Below the pieces are notes generated by a model. It saw only the letters and a list, made by a program, of their open reading frames with translations. It was not told the origin of the DNA and did no database searches. Below, one piece after another: positions 41,159 through 43,113 of a stretch of DNA of 43,113 nt. Within the stretch, counting starts at the first letter, position 1, and every line of letters starts with the position of its first letter. Both the position numbers and the translations under genes were made by a program. The stretch is from an uncultured Steroidobacteraceae bacterium (lineage in GTDB: Bacteria > Pseudomonadota > Gammaproteobacteria > Steroidobacterales > Steroidobacteraceae): NCBI GenBank assembly GCA_964563075.1, contig CAZLYG010000001.1:17749-60861 (forward strand), in the 5' to 3' direction.

Positions 41159-43113
41159 AGGCGAGCGCCTTCGTTGCTACGTTGCTGTGGGCGGCACTGG
41201 CCTTGGCCGCGGCCGCAATCGTTGCGCGCGCGCATTTCACAGCCGACCTCTCGGCCTTCCTGCCGCAGACACCCACGGCGACCCAGCGGCTGCTGGTCAG
41301 CCAGCTACGCCAAGGCATCGCATCCCGGCTCATCATTGTCGCCATCGAGGGCGCAGACGCGGCGAGCCGCGCACGAGTCTCCACCGCGATGGCAGCGCAA
41401 CTGCGCAAGGATGGCCGCTTCACCTCCATCAACAATGGAGATCAGAGCGGTCTGGAGCGGGATCGCGCGTTCCTGTTCGAGCATCGGTATGTGCTCAGTG
41501 AAGCGGTCGATGCACAACGCTTCACGGTCGCCGGACTGAGAGAGGCCATCCAGAACACGCTCGACCTGCTCGCCTCTCCCGCAGGGCTGCTGGTGAAGCC
41601 TCTCCTGGCCCGCGACCCGACAGGAGAGATGGTGCAGGTGATCGATCAGGTGGGCGCTGGCGAAACACCGCAGACCCAGCAGGGAGTGTGGTCCTCGCGC
41701 GATGGCAAACGCGCCCTGCTGGTGGCACAGACGCAAGCCGCAGGTTCTGACACCGACGCTCAGGAGCAGGCGATCGGGGCGATCCGCGCCGCCTACGCGG
41801 CCGCGAAGGCGCAGCTCCCAGCGGGGCCCCGCATGGCACTGGAGATGAGCGGACCCGGCGTTTTCTCCGTCTCCGCGCGCGCCACGATCGAACACGAGGT
41901 GCTGCGTCTGTCCGTGCTGAGCACTGTGGCGATCGTGGCGCTGCTGCTGGCTGTGTACCGCTCAGTGCCGGCCCTGATCCTCGGGCTGGTGCCCGTAGCC
42001 TCCGGCGCACTCGCCGGCGTGGCGGCTGTCGCACTCGGATTCGGTATCGTCCACGGAATCACGCTGGGTTTCGGTATCACGCTGATCGGCGAGTCGGTCG
42101 ACTATTCCATCTATCTGTTCATCCAGGCGCGCCGCTCGTGGGCCACCATCGGTCTGGGCGTCCTGACGTCGATCTGCGGCTTTGCAGCCCTGCTGCCCTC
42201 GAGCTTCCCAGGGTTGCAGCAGCTCGGGTTGTATTCCATCTCCGGGTTGATCACGGCAGCGCTGGTGACGCGCTTCGTGCTTCCACACTGGCTACCTCGC
42301 AGTTTTGCGATTCGGGACGTCACTCCGTTGGGCGCCGGGGTAGCACGCGTACTGCAGCGCGCCCACGGCACGGGCTGGATATTGGGAGCCTTGGCCCTGG
42401 GGGCGGCAGGCATCCTGTACGTGCACCGGGACTCGCTGTGGAATCGGGAGCTGTCGGCACTCAGCCCCGTCACGCAGGCGGACCAGGACCTGGACGCGCG
42501 CCTGCGCGCGGATATCGGGGCACCGGACCTGCGTTTTCTGGTTGTTATTTCCGGCGCACAGAAGGAAGGCGTCCTGGAAGCGGCCGAGCGGGTCGGTCGC
42601 CGTCTGGAATCCCTGGCCATGACCGGCGTGATCGGCGGTTTCGAGAGCCCCGCCCGCTACCTGCCGAGTCTGGCCGCGCAGCGTAGTCGTCGCGCAGCGA
42701 TTCCGGACGCGACGGAGCTGCGCGCCCGTCTGCAACAGGCAACCGCCGACCTGCCGTTGCGTGCCGAGCATCTCGAGCCTTTCCTGAACGACGTTGAGGC
42801 CGCCCGCAACCAACCTCCGCTCACACGCAGAGATCTGAACGGGACCTCCATGGCGGCCGGCTACGACTCGATGATGCTCAGCGATCGGGACGGCTGGACG
42901 GCGATTCTGCCGCTGCGCGCAGCTACTTCATCCAGCGGCGCATACATCGACATTGACGCGGCCAAGGCAGCCCGTGCGATCGCCGGTCTGGCGCCCGCCG
43001 GAACCGTCCTCCTGCTGGATCTGAAGCGCGCCGCCGACGATCTGTACTCCACCTACCTCGCCGAGATCCTGAAGCTGTCGGCTTTTGGCCTGGGTGCGAT
43101 CGTCGTGCTCCTG
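41155..43113 (+). CDS. MMPL/RND-superfamily exporter (xanthomonadin/aryl-polyene exporter-like), N-terminal 653 aa; open to the right window edge
   Basis: Absent from the ORF track (no stop in the window). My translation reads MKASAFVATLLWAALALAAAAIVARAHFTADLSAFLP..., then a periplasmic loop, then a TM bundle with GITLGFGITLIGESVDYSIYLF. Stays open to 43113. Confidence 0.8.
   Translation, partial: MKASAFVATLLWAALALAAAAIVARAHFTADLSAFLPQTPTATQRLLVSQLRQGIASRLIIVAIEGADAASRARVSTAMAAQLRKDGRFTSINNGDQSGLERDRAFLFEHRYVLSEAVDAQRFTVAGLREAIQNTLDLLASPAGLLVKPLLARDPTGEMVQVIDQVGAGETPQTQQGVWSSRDGKRALLVAQTQAAGSDTDAQEQAIGAIRAAYAAAKAQLPAGPRMALEMSGPGVFSVSARATIEHEVLRLSVLSTVAIVALLLAVYRSVPALILGLVPVASGALAGVAAVALGFGIVHGITLGFGITLIGESVDYSIYLFIQARRSWATIGLGVLTSICGFAALLPSSFPGLQQLGLYSISGLITAALVTRFVLPHWLPRSFAIRDVTPLGAGVARVLQRAHGTGWILGALALGAAGILYVHRDSLWNRELSALSPVTQADQDLDARLRADIGAPDLRFLVVISGAQKEGVLEAAERVGRRLESLAMTGVIGGFESPARYLPSLAAQRSRRAAIPDATELRARLQQATADLPLRAEHLEPFLNDVEAARNQPPLTRRDLNGTSMAAGYDSMMLSDRDGWTAILPLRAATSSSGAYIDIDAAKAARAIAGLAPAGTVLLLDLKRAADDLYSTYLAEILKLSAFGLGAIVVLL

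Noticed and set aside
1-43113. Search for mobile elements, prophage, defence islands, CRISPR arrays, tRNA/rRNA genes and horizontally acquired low-GC islands
   Set aside because: I recognised no integrase, transposase, phage structural gene, restriction/toxin-type gene, spaced direct-repeat array or tRNA-like cloverleaf. All intergenic gaps are under 200 nt. The only local GC dips are short promoter-sized regions (around 21620-21720 and 23690-23760).

Overview
Densely coded, high-GC (about two-thirds G+C by eye) proteobacterial chromosomal segment with about 38 protein genes. I recognised no rRNA, tRNA, CRISPR array, transposase or integrase. Many long ORFs in the track are Arg/Ala/Gly/Pro-rich shadow frames of real genes on the other strand, and I discarded them. 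Left to right: (1) An envelope block: the N-terminal part of an alpha-2-macroglobulin lipoprotein (open to the left edge, absent from the ORF track), dgkA, a secreted NPP/alkaline-phosphatase-superfamily phosphodiesterase, and a divergent ArnT-like GT39 transferase. (2) A minus-strand operon: response regulator, histidine kinase, outer membrane factor, adaptor, CzcA/CusA-type RND pump, periplasmic YncE/YVTN beta-propeller. The last ORF runs through a 20-21 nt tandem repeat into the convergent GT39 gene. (3) A MIO ammonia-lyase packed against a quinohemoprotein PQQ alcohol dehydrogenase, an MscS-family channel, and an EAL-CBS-GGDEF protein preceded by a Pho-box-like direct repeat whose 14-nt core recurs identically at 2241-2254. 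(4) ku with an HTH-TPR neighbour but no ligD, a small secreted protein, an MFS(DHA2) - small membrane protein - PLD/cardiolipin-synthase lipoprotein operon, ypfJ, and mmsA. (5) A membrane protein - ECF sigma - putative anti-sigma module. (6) Directly after it, a xanthomonadin-type aryl-polyene pigment / DF-signal locus: 11-mer-repeat secreted protein, flavin halogenase, XanB2-type chorismatase, MipA, PlsC-type acyltransferase, GT2, methyltransferase, ACP, aryl-acid:ACP ligase, hotdog dehydratase, LpxL-like acyltransferase, LolA-like carrier, and an MMPL exporter open to the right edge. The pigment locus is the most coherent system here, but its class is already described in Xanthomonas. The candidates for real novelty are peripheral: the apolipoprotein/LEA-like repeat protein that heads the pigment operon, the adjacent ECF module, the beta-propeller ending an RND operon with its frame-shifting repeat, the shared Pho-like motif, and the atypical ammonia-lyase. 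All functions come from my own recognition of the translated sequences and no database search was run. Internal start codons were placed by counting residues from ORF-track coordinates. Short-motif coordinates may be off by 1-2 nt.
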